Virus record (IMG/VR): IMGVR_UViG_3300025168_000060
Strand: one strand, 5' to 3'
Source of the DNA: an uncultured virus (IMG/VR IMGVR_UViG_3300025168_000060)
Lineage: Duplodnaviria > Heunggongvirae > Uroviricota > Caudoviricetes
DNA length: 64,000 nt
The position numbers and the translations under genes were made by a program. Under the pieces are notes generated by a model. The model was not told the origin of the DNA and did not search any database. It saw nothing but the letters and a program-made list of their open reading frames with translations. Positions 39,402 to 49,890 of this stretch are shown here, one piece after another (positions within the stretch are counted from its first letter, which is position 1; each line of letters begins with the position of its first letter).

Positions 39402-41051
39402 ATGTACGCTAGTCAAAGTAAAAGTTACCTTGGAAATCCTAATTTAAAGGCAGCCAATCAAAAGATACGTTACACAAAGAAACAAGTACGAGAATTTGTG
39501 GCGTGCCAAGATAACCCTATTTATTTTATTACAAATTATTTACAGATAGTTACACTTGACCATGGACTACAACCATTTAAGTTATACGAGTTTCAAAAAG
39601 AAATGGTTGATAAGTTTCATAACAATAGATTTACCATATGTAAATTACCAAGACAGACAGGTAAATCAACAACAATTATTGCTTATCTATTACACTATGC
39701 CATATTTAATCAAAATGTAAATATTGCCATACTGGCCAACAAGGCTGCGGTTGCAAGAGACTTACTAGGTCGTTTACAACTGGCATATGAAAATTTACCT
39801 AAGTGGTTACAACAAGGTGTTATCAACTGGAATAAAGGTAACTTAGAATTAGAAAATGGTAGTAAGATACTGGCGGCTGCAACATCATCAAGTGCCGTAC
39901 GTGGTGGTTCTTATAACGTTATATTCTTAGACGAGTTTGCCTATGTACCTAATAATATTGCAGAACAATTTTTTAGTTCAGTTTATCCTACAATCTCCTC
40001 TGGTAAAAGTTCTAAGGTAATGATAGTTTCTACACCACATGGTATGAATATGTTTTACAAGTTATGGAATGACGCACAAAATCAACGCAACAGTTATGTA
40101 CCTATTGAAGTACATTGGTCAGAGGTACCAGGTAGAGACGAACAATGGAAAGCAGAAACAATAAAGAATACAAGTGAGGCACAGTTTAGAACAGAGTTTG
40201 ATTGTGAGTTCTTAGGTAGTGTAGATACATTAATTACACCTAGTAAGTTAAGAATGTTATCACATAACACACCAAGAACAAGTAATGCAGGTTTAGATAT
40301 ACATGAAATGCCACAAAAAGATAAAAGATATGTAATCACCGTTGATGTTGCAAGAGGCACCGTCAATGACTATTCTGCTTTTGTTGTTATAGACGCAACA
40401 AGTATACCTTATAGAGTTGTTGCAAAGTATAAGAACAATGAAATCAAACCATTACTCTTTCCACAAATTATTCATAAGATTGCAACACAGTACAATCAGG
40501 CAGAGGTACTCATTGAGGTAAATGACATTGGTGGTCAAGTTGCAGACACAATGCAGTTTGATTTAGAATATGATAATCTGATTATGGTCAATCAACGAGG
40601 CAGGTCAGGTCAAGTTGCAGGTACAGGATTTAGTGGAAAACAAAGTCAATTAGGTTTACGAACAACAAAGGCTACAAAGAAAATAGGTTGCTCTAACCTT
40701 AAAGCAATGGTAGAACATGATAAGATAATTATACAAGACTTTCATATTATACAAGAATTATCTACTTATATATTAAAAGGTAAAGAAAAATTTGAAGCGG
40801 AAGAAGGGTCAAGTGACGATTTAGTTACCTGTTTAGTTATGTTTGCATGGTTATCAAATCAAACATATTTCAAAGAACTCACAGACCAAGATATACGTGC
40901 CAGATTAGTAGATGAACAATCACATCAAATGGAACAAGACATGGCACCCTTTGGATTTATTGATGACGGTGTAGATAATCCAGAAGGCGAGACATACAAA
41001 GACCCCTATGGTACTACTTGGTCACCAGTTAAATACAAGAGAGGACTGTGA
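39402..41051 (+). CDS. gp17: Terminase large subunit gp17
   Basis: YLGNPNLK, PRQTGKSTT, IFLDEFA, VSTPHG, VDVARG, DDLV. Confidence 0.96.
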   Translation: MYASQSKSYLGNPNLKAANQKIRYTKKQVREFVACQDNPIYFITNYLQIVTLDHGLQPFKLYEFQKEMVDKFHNNRFTICKLPRQTGKSTTIIAYLLHYAIFNQNVNIAILANKAAVARDLLGRLQLAYENLPKWLQQGVINWNKGNLELENGSKILAAATSSSAVRGGSYNVIFLDEFAYVPNNIAEQFFSSVYPTISSGKSSKVMIVSTPHGMNMFYKLWNDAQNQRNSYVPIEVHWSEVPGRDEQWKAETIKNTSEAQFRTEFDCEFLGSVDTLITPSKLRMLSHNTPRTSNAGLDIHEMPQKDKRYVITVDVARGTVNDYSAFVVIDATSIPYRVVAKYKNNEIKPLLFPQIIHKIATQYNQAEVLIEVNDIGGQVADTMQFDLEYDNLIMVNQRGRSGQVAGTGFSGKQSQLGLRTTKATKKIGCSNLKAMVEHDKIIIQDFHIIQELSTYILKGKEKFEAEEGSSDDLVTCLVMFAWLSNQTYFKELTDQDIRARLVDEQSHQMEQDMAPFGFIDDGVDNPEGETYKDPYGTTWSPVKYKRGL

Positions 41052-41108
41052 AAGTTTGATTATACTAAATAGTAGTAAGAAAAAACTTAAATTTAAGGAG
41101 AAAACAAG

Positions 41109-43085
41109 ATGGCTTTTTTAGTTTCACCAGGCGTTCTGGTTACAGAAAAAGACCTTACTAATGTCGTACCGGCAGTATCAACTAGTATTGGTGGTGCGGT
41201 AGTCGTTAGTGAGAGAGGGCCAATGGAAGAGGTTACGTTAATCTCTAGTGAAGACGAATTTGTTTCTGTATTTGGGAAACCAGACAGTAGCACATTTGAA
41301 TATTTTTTTAGTGCAACCAACTTTTTACAGTACGGAAATGCCTTAAAAGTGGTAAGAGCAGCAACTGGTTGCGTAAACGCAGCCGTGTCAGGCACACCAG
41401 TTTTAATTAAAAACACAACAGACTATCTTAATAATTACTCCACAGGACAAGGAAGTGTAGGTGCATGGGCCGCTAGAGAAGCAGGCACATGGGGAAATAA
41501 CTTACAAGTTTCTACTTGTACCAACTCAACAGCATATGCTCAGACCGCTTCTGGTCTAGTAAATGATTCAACTGCTGCTATTGGCGATACAACTATTACA
41601 GTTGACGCTGGTACTCAGTTTCAGGTTGGTGACTTGTTAGAATTTGGCGATATTTCAAACAACTTTACTGCCGCTCCTAGTGGTAATTATTATAAAATAA
41701 CAAATATAGCAACTCATGTATTAACTATCGCAAGATTTGACCCAGCAACTGGTGCAACTCAAACAGGTGGTTTAAGACATGCTGTAGCAGACAATGCATA
41801 TGTCAAAAGATATTGGGAACATTATTTCCAATTCTCCGCAGCACCATCTACAACTGATGATGTATCAAATGCTGGAGGTTCTAATGACGAATTGCACATA
41901 GCAATCGTTGACCAAGATGGCGGTATCACAGGTACTGCTGGTTCTATCTTAGAGAAGTTTGAGGGTTTATCTCAAGCGTCAGACGCTAAGACAGCACAAG
42001 GTGACACGAACTATTATGCTGATGTTATATATCAACAATCACAATATATTTACTGGATGGATCACCAAACAGTATTATCAACTGCTGGTAACACAAAGAC
42101 TGGTACTGCTTTTGATAATGCATCCACTTCAGCACATATTGTGTTCCAAGACGCATTAACAGGCGGAACTGATGATTTAGTTCCTACTGCTGCTGAACTA
42201 TCCCTTGCATGGGATAAATTTGGCGACGCTGAAACAGTAGATGTAAATTTATTGATAGGCGGACCATCACAAACAAATGCTGATGCTACTGGTGATACCA
42301 TGGCAACAAAAGTAATTGATACTGCTGAATTTAGAAAAGATTGTGTGGCATTTATTTCACCTGCTAGAGCAGATGTTGTAAACGTAACAAATCCTATCGC
42401 ACAGACAGCAAACGTCAAAGCTTTTGCTGACGGTCTTGCTAGTTCAAGTTATGCAGTAGTAGATAGTGGTTACAAATACATGTACGACAAATACAATGCA
42501 GTATATCGTTTTGTACCATTAAACGGTGATATCGCCGGTCTATGTGCAAGAACAGACAGCGTAGCAGACGCTTGGTTCTCACCGGCAGGATTTAGTAGAG
42601 GTCAAGTACGTGGCGCTATTAAACTTGCATTTGATCCAACAAACGCACAAAGAGATGAATTGTATAAAGCTAGAGTAAATCCAGTTGTTACATTCCCTGG
42701 ACAAGGCACGGTCTTGTTTGGTGATAAAACAATGCAGACTAAACCTAGTGCTTTTGACAGAATTAATGTTAGAAGACTATTCATTGTGTTAGAAAAGGCA
42801 ATCGCAACGGCGGCTAAATTTCAACTCTTTGAGTTCAATGATGAATTTACAAGAGCAAACTTTAGAAACCTGATTGAACCATTCTTACGAGACGTTCAAG
42901 GTCGAAGAGGTATTACAGACTTTTCTGTAGTATGTGATGAGACTAACAACACATCAGCGTTAATTGATAGAAACGAGTTTATTGCAGACATCTTCATTAA
43001 ACCAAATCGTTCAATTAACTTTATTCAACTTAACTTTGTCGCAACACGAACAGGCGTAGCCTTTAGTGAAGTGGCAGGCGCATAG
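41109..43085 (+). CDS. gp18: Tail sheath protein gp18
   Basis: SPGVLVTEKDLT, WFSPAGFSRG, FDRINVRRLF, IKPNRSINFIQLNF. Confidence 0.96.
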   Translation: MAFLVSPGVLVTEKDLTNVVPAVSTSIGGAVVVSERGPMEEVTLISSEDEFVSVFGKPDSSTFEYFFSATNFLQYGNALKVVRAATGCVNAAVSGTPVLIKNTTDYLNNYSTGQGSVGAWAAREAGTWGNNLQVSTCTNSTAYAQTASGLVNDSTAAIGDTTITVDAGTQFQVGDLLEFGDISNNFTAAPSGNYYKITNIATHVLTIARFDPATGATQTGGLRHAVADNAYVKRYWEHYFQFSAAPSTTDDVSNAGGSNDELHIAIVDQDGGITGTAGSILEKFEGLSQASDAKTAQGDTNYYADVIYQQSQYIYWMDHQTVLSTAGNTKTGTAFDNASTSAHIVFQDALTGGTDDLVPTAAELSLAWDKFGDAETVDVNLLIGGPSQTNADATGDTMATKVIDTAEFRKDCVAFISPARADVVNVTNPIAQTANVKAFADGLASSSYAVVDSGYKYMYDKYNAVYRFVPLNGDIAGLCARTDSVADAWFSPAGFSRGQVRGAIKLAFDPTNAQRDELYKARVNPVVTFPGQGTVLFGDKTMQTKPSAFDRINVRRLFIVLEKAIATAAKFQLFEFNDEFTRANFRNLIEPFLRDVQGRRGITDFSVVCDETNNTSALIDRNEFIADIFIKPNRSINFIQLNFVATRTGVAFSEVAGA

Positions 43086-43099
43086 AGAGGAGATAGAAC

Positions 43100-43627
43100 A
43101 TGGCTAACGTATCAGACTTTATCTCTAAACTAAAAGGTGGCGGAGCAAGACAGAACCAGTTTAAGGTAACTTTACCTTTTCCAGGTTATGCTGCTGTAGG
43201 TGGCGAAACAGAAAACTTAGCGTTTTTATGTAGTGCTACTCAACTACCAAGCTCAGAGATAGGTGAATTAACAGTAAACTTCCGTGGTAGACCAATCTAC
43301 ATGGCGGGTGATAGAACATTCCAAACTTGGACAACCACTATCATCAACGATACATCTTTTGATATTCGTAACGCAATAGAAAGATGGTCAAATGGTATCA
43401 ACAACCATTCAGACAACGAAGGATTATCAAACCCTACAGACTATCAAGTGGACGCATTTGTCGACCATTTAGATAGAAGTGGGAATACTTTGAAATCTTA
43501 TACCTTTAGAGGCTTATGGCCATTAACTATAGGTACAGTTGACTTGAATATGGACCAAGTATCAGCACTTGAAACTTTTGAGTGTACTTGGAGATATCAA
43601 TACTGGGAATCAAATACCACAACTTAA
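43100..43627 (+). CDS. gp19: Tail tube protein gp19
   Basis: GGGARQNQF, FRGR..AGDRTF..WT.TIIND. Confidence 0.95.
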   Translation: MANVSDFISKLKGGGARQNQFKVTLPFPGYAAVGGETENLAFLCSATQLPSSEIGELTVNFRGRPIYMAGDRTFQTWTTTIINDTSFDIRNAIERWSNGINNHSDNEGLSNPTDYQVDAFVDHLDRSGNTLKSYTFRGLWPLTIGTVDLNMDQVSALETFECTWRYQYWESNTTT

Positions 43628-43635
43628 TTGTGATA

Positions 43636-43662
43636 GGGGCGTCCTCCGGGACGCCCTAAATA
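43636..43662 (+). promoter_or_regulatory. UNCG-capped hairpin overlapping a CTAAATA late-promoter variant
   Basis: GGGCGTCC-TCCG-GGACGCCC followed directly by TAAATA. Confidence 0.6.
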
Positions 43663-43682
43663 TATAAAAAGGAGTAAAAGTA

Positions 43683-45239
43683 GTGGCAGAAATTTTTGGA
43701 TTTGAAATCAAACGTAAACCAACGGCTTCTAATAGTCAATCATTTACAGCACCAACAGCTGACGATGGTACACAGACTATTATGGGTGGTGGTCACTTTG
43801 GTACATACCTCGACATAGAGGGTAAAGTAAATAACGAGGCAGACTTAGTTCGCAGGTATAGAGAGGTTGCAATACAACCTGAATGTGACCAGGCGATAGA
43901 AGAAATTATCAGCGAAGCAATTGTTGTTGATGATAATAAAGAGACGGTCAGACTTAACTTAGGTAAAGTACCGTTCTCACCTAAAATCAAAAAAAGTATA
44001 AATGAAGAATTTAATAACATCCTGTCTTTGATAGAATTTGAAAACAAAGGACATGATATTTTTAGAAGATGGTACGTTGATGGTAGAATAGTGTATCATA
44101 AAGTAATAGACCCTAAAAATGTTAAAGCAGGTATAACAGAATTACGTTACATTGACCCTCGTAAGATTAAGAAGGTCAGAGCAGCAAAACAAAAACCAGG
44201 TGCAGAAAGTTTTGCACCAAAAGACCCTAACAAACCTGGGGTTGTAGAATTTGAAGAATTTTTTATCTACAATGAAAAAGGTGTACAACCTGGCGCAAGT
44301 GCAACACAGGGTTTAAAAATTGCAAAAGACGCTATAGCATTTTGTCCTAGTGGTCTTGTTGACCAACAAAAGAATATGATATTGTCTTACTTACATAAGG
44401 CAATCAAACCAGTTAATCAACTGAGAATGATTGAGGATAGTGTAGTCATATACCGTATTAGTAGGGCACCAGAAAGAAGAATTTTTTATATTGATGTAGG
44501 TAATTTACCAAAAGTAAAGGCTGAACAATATCTAAAAGACGTTATGAACAGATATAGAAACAAACTTGTTTATGACGCTAGCACGGGAGAGATAAGAGAC
44601 GATAGACAGTATATGTCTATGCTAGAAGACTTTTGGCTACCTAGACGTGAAGGTGGGAGAGGAACAGAAATTACTACATTACCAGGTGGTTCAAACTTAG
44701 GTGAGATAGATGATATTAAATATTTTCAAAAGAAATTGTTTCAATCATTGAATGTTCCTTCTTCTCGTTTAGAGGCTGAAGGTAGTTTCAACATGGGTGT
44801 TGCAACAGAAATTAATAGAGACGAATTAAAGTTTAGTAAATTTGTATATAGACTAAGAAATCGTTTTAATAATTTATTCCATGACCTGCTAAAAACACAG
44901 TTAATTCTCAAAGGTATTATTACTATTGAGGATTGGGAAAACTCTTTGGCACGTACCATACGTTACGATTATGTGAATGATGGTTATTTTGCTGAGATAA
45001 AAGAAAGTGAAATGCTTAAAAACCGTATGCAAATCTTTGCAGAGATGAAGAACAATGAAATGGTTGGTACATTCTTTTCACAAGATTTCGTAATGAGACA
45101 TATATTAAAAATGTCAGATGGTGAAATGTTAGAACAACAAGAAAAGATTGCTGCTGAAGCAAAAGCGGCAGAACAGCAACAAGAAGATGAACCTGAACAA
45201 CAGGACCAAGAAGGAGATAATGATGACGGACAAGAATAA
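43683..45239 (+). CDS. gp20: Portal protein gp20 (GTG start)
   Basis: RRWYVDG, YLHKAIKPVNQLRMIED, RAPERRIFYIDVGNLPK, EDFWLPRREGGRGTEITTLPGG. Confidence 0.97.
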   Translation: MAEIFGFEIKRKPTASNSQSFTAPTADDGTQTIMGGGHFGTYLDIEGKVNNEADLVRRYREVAIQPECDQAIEEIISEAIVVDDNKETVRLNLGKVPFSPKIKKSINEEFNNILSLIEFENKGHDIFRRWYVDGRIVYHKVIDPKNVKAGITELRYIDPRKIKKVRAAKQKPGAESFAPKDPNKPGVVEFEEFFIYNEKGVQPGASATQGLKIAKDAIAFCPSGLVDQQKNMILSYLHKAIKPVNQLRMIEDSVVIYRISRAPERRIFYIDVGNLPKVKAEQYLKDVMNRYRNKLVYDASTGEIRDDRQYMSMLEDFWLPRREGGRGTEITTLPGGSNLGEIDDIKYFQKKLFQSLNVPSSRLEAEGSFNMGVATEINRDELKFSKFVYRLRNRFNNLFHDLLKTQLILKGIITIEDWENSLARTIRYDYVNDGYFAEIKESEMLKNRMQIFAEMKNNEMVGTFFSQDFVMRHILKMSDGEMLEQQEKIAAEAKAAEQQQEDEPEQQDQEGDNDDGQE

Positions 45240-45438
45240 TCCTACAAGGGATATGATAGACGCTTTAGCCAATGATGATACTATTGAAGCAGAGAAAAAC
45301 TTTAAGGGTGCATTGAGTGCTAAAGTAGGTACAGAGCTAGATGATAAAAGAAAAGATTTAGCAAGTACAATAATGGCAAAACCACCAGAAAGTACAAATG
45401 ACGATAACGCTGAGCAATCTACGGAAATTGACGATTGA
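45220..45438 (+). CDS. Small acidic prohead core protein (gp67-like position)
   Basis: AAGGAG RBS before ATG 45220; directly after the portal gene. Confidence 0.65.
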   Translation: MMTDKNNPTRDMIDALANDDTIEAEKNFKGALSAKVGTELDDKRKDLASTIMAKPPESTNDDNAEQSTEIDD

Positions 45439-45649
45439 GAGAGACGAACATAAACGTTCTCCAGTCTATAAAAAACAATCACCAAAGGCCAAAAAGGCAA
45501 TTGATGATGTAATGACTATGTTGGCAAAAACGCCATCAAAGGTCTTAACTACGTTCCCAAAAATAATTAAGGACGTGGCAAAAAAGTATGGCGTTAAGCC
45601 AAAAGATATTGAAACCTATTTCGCAAAAGAAACAGGTCTAACCATATAA
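45398..45649 (+). CDS. Basic hypothetical protein in the head module
   Basis: 83-aa ORF between portal and protease. Confidence 0.6.
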   Translation: MTITLSNLRKLTIERDEHKRSPVYKKQSPKAKKAIDDVMTMLAKTPSKVLTTFPKIIKDVAKKYGVKPKDIETYFAKETGLTI

Positions 45650-45661
45650 AGGAGAGTAAAA

Positions 45662-46066
45662 ATGGCAGTAGTAAATAAAAGAACATTAGTAGATAGTGGC
45701 ACACGCCATGTCGTAATGTTTGAAATCAACAATGCAACAAATGATGGAGTATCAGTTGTAGACGCTTCAACATTAAGAGGACACGTTGAAAAACCAACAC
45801 TAGACATTAGAAGTATTAAATGGAATACAACCGCAGCAACAAGTGATGTAGCATTTGAATTTGACGCTAGTACAGACGACCACGGAATATCAGTACATGG
45901 TAGTGGTGAGTTTGGTTTTCATGGTAAACAACCAATGATAACAAATCCAGAAAGTTCTGGCGTTACTGGTGATATAGTTATCACTAACGCAAGTGCTGTT
46001 ACAGGTACTTTTATTTTAGAAGTAGTAAAAACTAAAGGTTATACTAACTCAGGACAAACAAGATAA
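45662..46066 (+). CDS. Small virion-like beta protein
   Basis: AAGGAG RBS; paralogous to the next gene (VDAS.L, FD..T, TGDI). Confidence 0.7.
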   Translation: MAVVNKRTLVDSGTRHVVMFEINNATNDGVSVVDASTLRGHVEKPTLDIRSIKWNTTAATSDVAFEFDASTDDHGISVHGSGEFGFHGKQPMITNPESSGVTGDIVITNASAVTGTFILEVVKTKGYTNSGQTR

Positions 46067-46452
46067 TGGCTGATACAGTAACTTCACAAACTATAACAGA
46101 TGTAGCCGGCACAAAGACCGTAATGAAATTTACGAATAAGAGTGACGGTACAGGAGAAACACTTGTAGCAAAGATGGACGCTAGTGAATTAAATCACGCT
46201 TCAACATCTACAAAGATTGCAAGAGTAATTTATAGTATTAACACAACGGATCCTAAAGGGTCCGTTGAAATACTCTTTGACGGTACAACAAATGCAACCG
46301 CATTGTTTCTTGCCGGTCAAGGTACAATAGATTTACAAACATCTGCTATACAGATATCTAACAATGCGAGCTCACCAACAGGCGACATTTTGTTTTCCAC
46401 TCACAATTTTGTAAATGGAGACAGTTATTCCGTCATTTTAGAGGTTAGATAA
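46066..46452 (+). CDS. Small virion-like beta protein, paralogue of 45662..46066
   Basis: MADTVTSQTI, KFTNKSDGTGE, TGDILFST, YSVILE. Confidence 0.7.
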   Translation: MADTVTSQTITDVAGTKTVMKFTNKSDGTGETLVAKMDASELNHASTSTKIARVIYSINTTDPKGSVEILFDGTTNATALFLAGQGTIDLQTSAIQISNNASSPTGDILFSTHNFVNGDSYSVILEVR

Positions 46453-46460
46453 TATAAATA
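46453..46460 (+). promoter_or_regulatory. Late promoter
   Basis: TATAAATA before gp21. Confidence 0.7.
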
Positions 46461-46484
46461 GAACAAAAGGGGAAAATACGCAAC

Positions 46485-47144
46485 ATGAAACTAATTAGAG
46501 AAGAAATCAATCAGGCTGAATACATTATTGAAGCAGATAATAATGGTAAAAAGTCTCATAAAATTAAAGGTATCTTCATGCAGGCAAACATTAAAAACCG
46601 CAATGGTCGTGTTTACCCACAGGAAGTATTAGAAAAAGAAGTAGGCAGATATAATAGAGAATTTGTACAGAAAAAAAGAGCGTTTGGTGAGTTAGGACAT
46701 CCTGACGGACCAACAGTTAATTTAGAGAGAGTATCACATATCATAACTAAACTTGAAGGTGATAACAAAGGTAACTATATTGGTGAGGCAAAAATTACAG
46801 ATACACCATATGGTAAGATTGTAAAATCTCTAATTGACGAAGGCGCACAATTAGGAGTTTCATCTAGGGGCATGGGTTCCTTGGAGAATAAAGGTGGTAC
46901 GAACTATGTAAAATCAGACTTTTACTTAGCAACTGCTGCTGATATTGTTGCAGACCCTTCAGCACCTCAAGCATTCGTCAATGGCGTAATGGAAGGTAAA
47001 GAATGGGTATGGGACAATGGTATTATCAAGGAACAAGATGTTTCTGAAATACAAGACCAACTAAACCGTGCTAGGCGTGATGAGATTGCCAAAGCGCAAA
47101 CTACTGCTTTTAATAATTTCATGCAGAAATTAACAAAACAATAA
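46485..47144 (+). CDS. gp21: Prohead protease gp21
   Basis: GIFMQA..KNRNGRVY, GELGHP, GVSSRGMGS, DIVADPSAP. Confidence 0.96.
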   Translation: MKLIREEINQAEYIIEADNNGKKSHKIKGIFMQANIKNRNGRVYPQEVLEKEVGRYNREFVQKKRAFGELGHPDGPTVNLERVSHIITKLEGDNKGNYIGEAKITDTPYGKIVKSLIDEGAQLGVSSRGMGSLENKGGTNYVKSDFYLATAADIVADPSAPQAFVNGVMEGKEWVWDNGIIKEQDVSEIQDQLNRARRDEIAKAQTTAFNNFMQKLTKQ

Positions 47145-47193
47145 ATAGTAGTACGCAATTTAAAATATTTTAAAATACGGAGAGATATTAAAA

Positions 47194-48480
47194 ATGTCAG
47201 AAGAATTAAACAACGAAACAGAAATCGTTTCTGAAGCTCCTAAGGGACAAGACGCACCAAAAGCAGGTGCGACTAAAGGTGATTCCATGGTAAAAGGCGG
47301 TGATTACGAAGACGGAGGACCTGCAGTAGTAAGTCCAGACGCAAAATCTTCACCAACTGACCACGCTAAGAAAGTGAAAAAGGATTCATCTGCTCCTACG
47401 AAAGGTGCCGGTTCTCCGGACTCTGCTGAAAAAATGAAAAAAGAAGACGCAGATATGGACGACGCTGATGAAAAAGAAGACGATAAAGAAGATGAAAAAG
47501 ATATGGAAGAAGCAATGCCTAAAACTAAATCAGGCATGATTCAAGCAATGTATGACAACATGAATAAAATGAAAAAGTCAGACATAGCTGCTTCTTACAA
47601 AAAAGTCATGGCTGCGATGAAAGGCATGGACGAAGAAGACGAAGACGAAGACGAAGATAAAAAAGAAAAAGAAATGGCATCTGCCTCTGAGAAAAAAGAA
47701 GCAGTAGAAAAAAGAGTAAAATCTATTGATGTATCAAATGATGTTAACGCTCTTGTTTCTGGCGATGATAGTTTATCTGAGGACTTTAAAACTAAAGCTG
47801 CAACAATCTTTGAAGCGGCAGTTAAATCAAAAGTAAAATCTGAAATTGAAAGATTAGAAGATGAATACTCAAATGAAATAACTGAAGCGAAAGAAAGTGT
47901 TAAAGAAGATTTAACTAATAAAGTTGATAACTACTTAAACTATGTTGTGGAAGAGTGGATGAAAGAAAACGAATTAGCAATTGAAAAAGGTATCAAAGGC
48001 GAAATTGCGGAAGATTTCATTGGCGGTCTAAAACAATTATTTGAAGACCATTACATTGACGTACCAGATGAAAAATATGATGTCCTAGAGGCAAAAGAAA
48101 AAGAACTGGATGAAGCGAAAGCTAAAATCAATGAAATGACGGCTTCAATGATTGAAAAGTCTCAACAAATCGCAGAGTTTACTAAAGAAGAAATTTTAGA
48201 AGACATTACATCTGGTCTTGCAGACACAGAAGTAGAAAAACTAAAATCTTTAGTAGAAGATATAAGTTACGAAGGTGCTGATGAGTACAAGAAAAAATTA
48301 GAAACTATTAAAGAATCTTATTTTGGTGCATCAAAAGCAGCTCCGGAATCAACTGAAAACGTTGATACAATTAACAACACTAGTAATGACAGCACAGTAG
48401 CGGATATGTCTGATAGCATGTCTCGTTATACGGATGCAATTAGTAGGGTAAAAGGTAGAGATATCTACAATAACCAATAA
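47194..48480 (+). CDS. gp22: Prohead scaffold protein gp22
   Basis: Acidic; FKTKAATIFEAAV, YLNYVVEEWM; AATAAATA late promoter at 47140. Confidence 0.92.
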   Translation: MSEELNNETEIVSEAPKGQDAPKAGATKGDSMVKGGDYEDGGPAVVSPDAKSSPTDHAKKVKKDSSAPTKGAGSPDSAEKMKKEDADMDDADEKEDDKEDEKDMEEAMPKTKSGMIQAMYDNMNKMKKSDIAASYKKVMAAMKGMDEEDEDEDEDKKEKEMASASEKKEAVEKRVKSIDVSNDVNALVSGDDSLSEDFKTKAATIFEAAVKSKVKSEIERLEDEYSNEITEAKESVKEDLTNKVDNYLNYVVEEWMKENELAIEKGIKGEIAEDFIGGLKQLFEDHYIDVPDEKYDVLEAKEKELDEAKAKINEMTASMIEKSQQIAEFTKEEILEDITSGLADTEVEKLKSLVEDISYEGADEYKKKLETIKESYFGASKAAPESTENVDTINNTSNDSTVADMSDSMSRYTDAISRVKGRDIYNNQ

Positions 48481-48502
48481 TTAAGAAAAGGATAGAATTA
48501 AA

Positions 48503-49765
48503 ATGTATAATTCAGAAAACTTACAGGAAAAGTGGTCTCCGGTTCTTGAGCATGCGGATCTACCAAAAATAGATAACCCATACAAAAGAGCGGTAACTGC
48601 TGTTATCCTAGAAAACCAAGAAAAAGCGGCGAGAGAAGACAAAGCTTTCTTAGGTGAGATTGCGAATGTAACTGGTTCAGCGATAGCTAACTGGGACCCA
48701 ATCCTAATTTCACTTGTAAGAAGAGCAATGCCAAATCTTATTGCTTACGACATCTGTGGCGTTCAACCAATGACAGGACCAACTGGTCTTATCTTTGCAA
48801 TGAAGTCCAGATTTACTTCAAACTCAGGTACAGAAGCACTATTTAACGAAGCAGATTCAGATTTCTCTGGAACTGGAACTCAAAGTGGTACTCTAAATCC
48901 AGGGTTGATGAACGATACTACAACTTCCGTTACTGCTGGTACTGGTATTGCAACTGCTACGGCAGAAGCATCATCATCTTTTGCAGAAATGGCGTTCAGT
49001 ATTGAGAAATCAACTGTAACAGCTAAAACTAGACAGTTAAAAGCTGAGTACACAATGGAACTTGCACAAGACCTTAAAGCAATTCACGGCTTAGACGCTG
49101 AAACTGAATTAGCTAACATCTTGTCTGCTGAGATTCTTGCTGAGATTAACCGTGAAGTAGTAAGAACTATTTACGAAAAAGCAAAAAAAGGTGCAGGTGT
49201 TAATACAACAACTGCTGGAACTTTCGACCTTGATACTGATTCAAATGGTAGATGGTCTGTTGAGAAATTCAAAGGACTAATGTTCCAAGTTGAAAGAGAC
49301 GCTAACGTAATCGCACAAGAAACAAGAAGAGGAAAAGGTAACATTGTTATCTGTTCATCTGACGTAGCAAGTGCTTTACAAATGGCAGGTATCTTAGATT
49401 ACACTCCTGCTTTAAACAACAGTCTAAACGTAGATGATACTGGTAATACTTTTGCTGGAACATTAAACGGTAGATACAAAGTATATATTGATCCATATGC
49501 AAGTAACAATACTGCTGCTCAATACTATACTGTTGGATATAAAGGAACTTCACCTTACGATGCTGGTATGTTCTATTGCCCATACGTTCCACTACAAATG
49601 GTGAGAGCGGTTGGTGAGAACACATTCCAACCAAAAATTGGTTTCAAAACTAGATATGGTCTAATTAGAAACCCATTTGCGGAATCAAGTGCTCAAACTA
49701 CTGACACTGGAAGTGACCAATCAAACATTTACTACAGAATGGTAAAAGTTACAAACTTAATGTAG
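48503..49765 (+). CDS. gp23: Major capsid protein gp23
   Basis: LVRRAMPNLIAYDICGVQPMTGPTGLIFAM, ELAQDLKAIHGLDAE, YCPYVPL, FQPKIGFKTRYG. Confidence 0.98.
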   Translation: MYNSENLQEKWSPVLEHADLPKIDNPYKRAVTAVILENQEKAAREDKAFLGEIANVTGSAIANWDPILISLVRRAMPNLIAYDICGVQPMTGPTGLIFAMKSRFTSNSGTEALFNEADSDFSGTGTQSGTLNPGLMNDTTTSVTAGTGIATATAEASSSFAEMAFSIEKSTVTAKTRQLKAEYTMELAQDLKAIHGLDAETELANILSAEILAEINREVVRTIYEKAKKGAGVNTTTAGTFDLDTDSNGRWSVEKFKGLMFQVERDANVIAQETRRGKGNIVICSSDVASALQMAGILDYTPALNNSLNVDDTGNTFAGTLNGRYKVYIDPYASNNTAAQYYTVGYKGTSPYDAGMFYCPYVPLQMVRAVGENTFQPKIGFKTRYGLIRNPFAESSAQTTDTGSDQSNIYYRMVKVTNLM

Positions 49766-49788
49766 GATTCATTTCCTCCAATGAAATC

Positions 49789-49815
49789 AAAGGGCGCTCA
49801 GGCGCCCTTTTTTTT
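49789..49815 (+). terminator. Rho-independent terminator after gp23
   Basis: AAAGGGCGC-TCAG-GCGCCCTTTTTTTT. Confidence 0.92.
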
Positions 49816-49890
49816 GGTCTCCTGTTCTTATACATAGTATAGTCATCAACTTAAACAACTAGCAGGTGAGGCTAGAGATATGGAGAATAT

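Noticed and set aside
47158..47173. Palindrome TTTAAAATATTTTAAA upstream of gp22
   Set aside because: Pure A/T, single occurrence, plausible by chance in this genome
49816..49890. Purine riboswitch in the leader of the BMP gene
   Set aside because: Too short and lacks the three-way-junction consensus; only a 5-bp hairpin is visible
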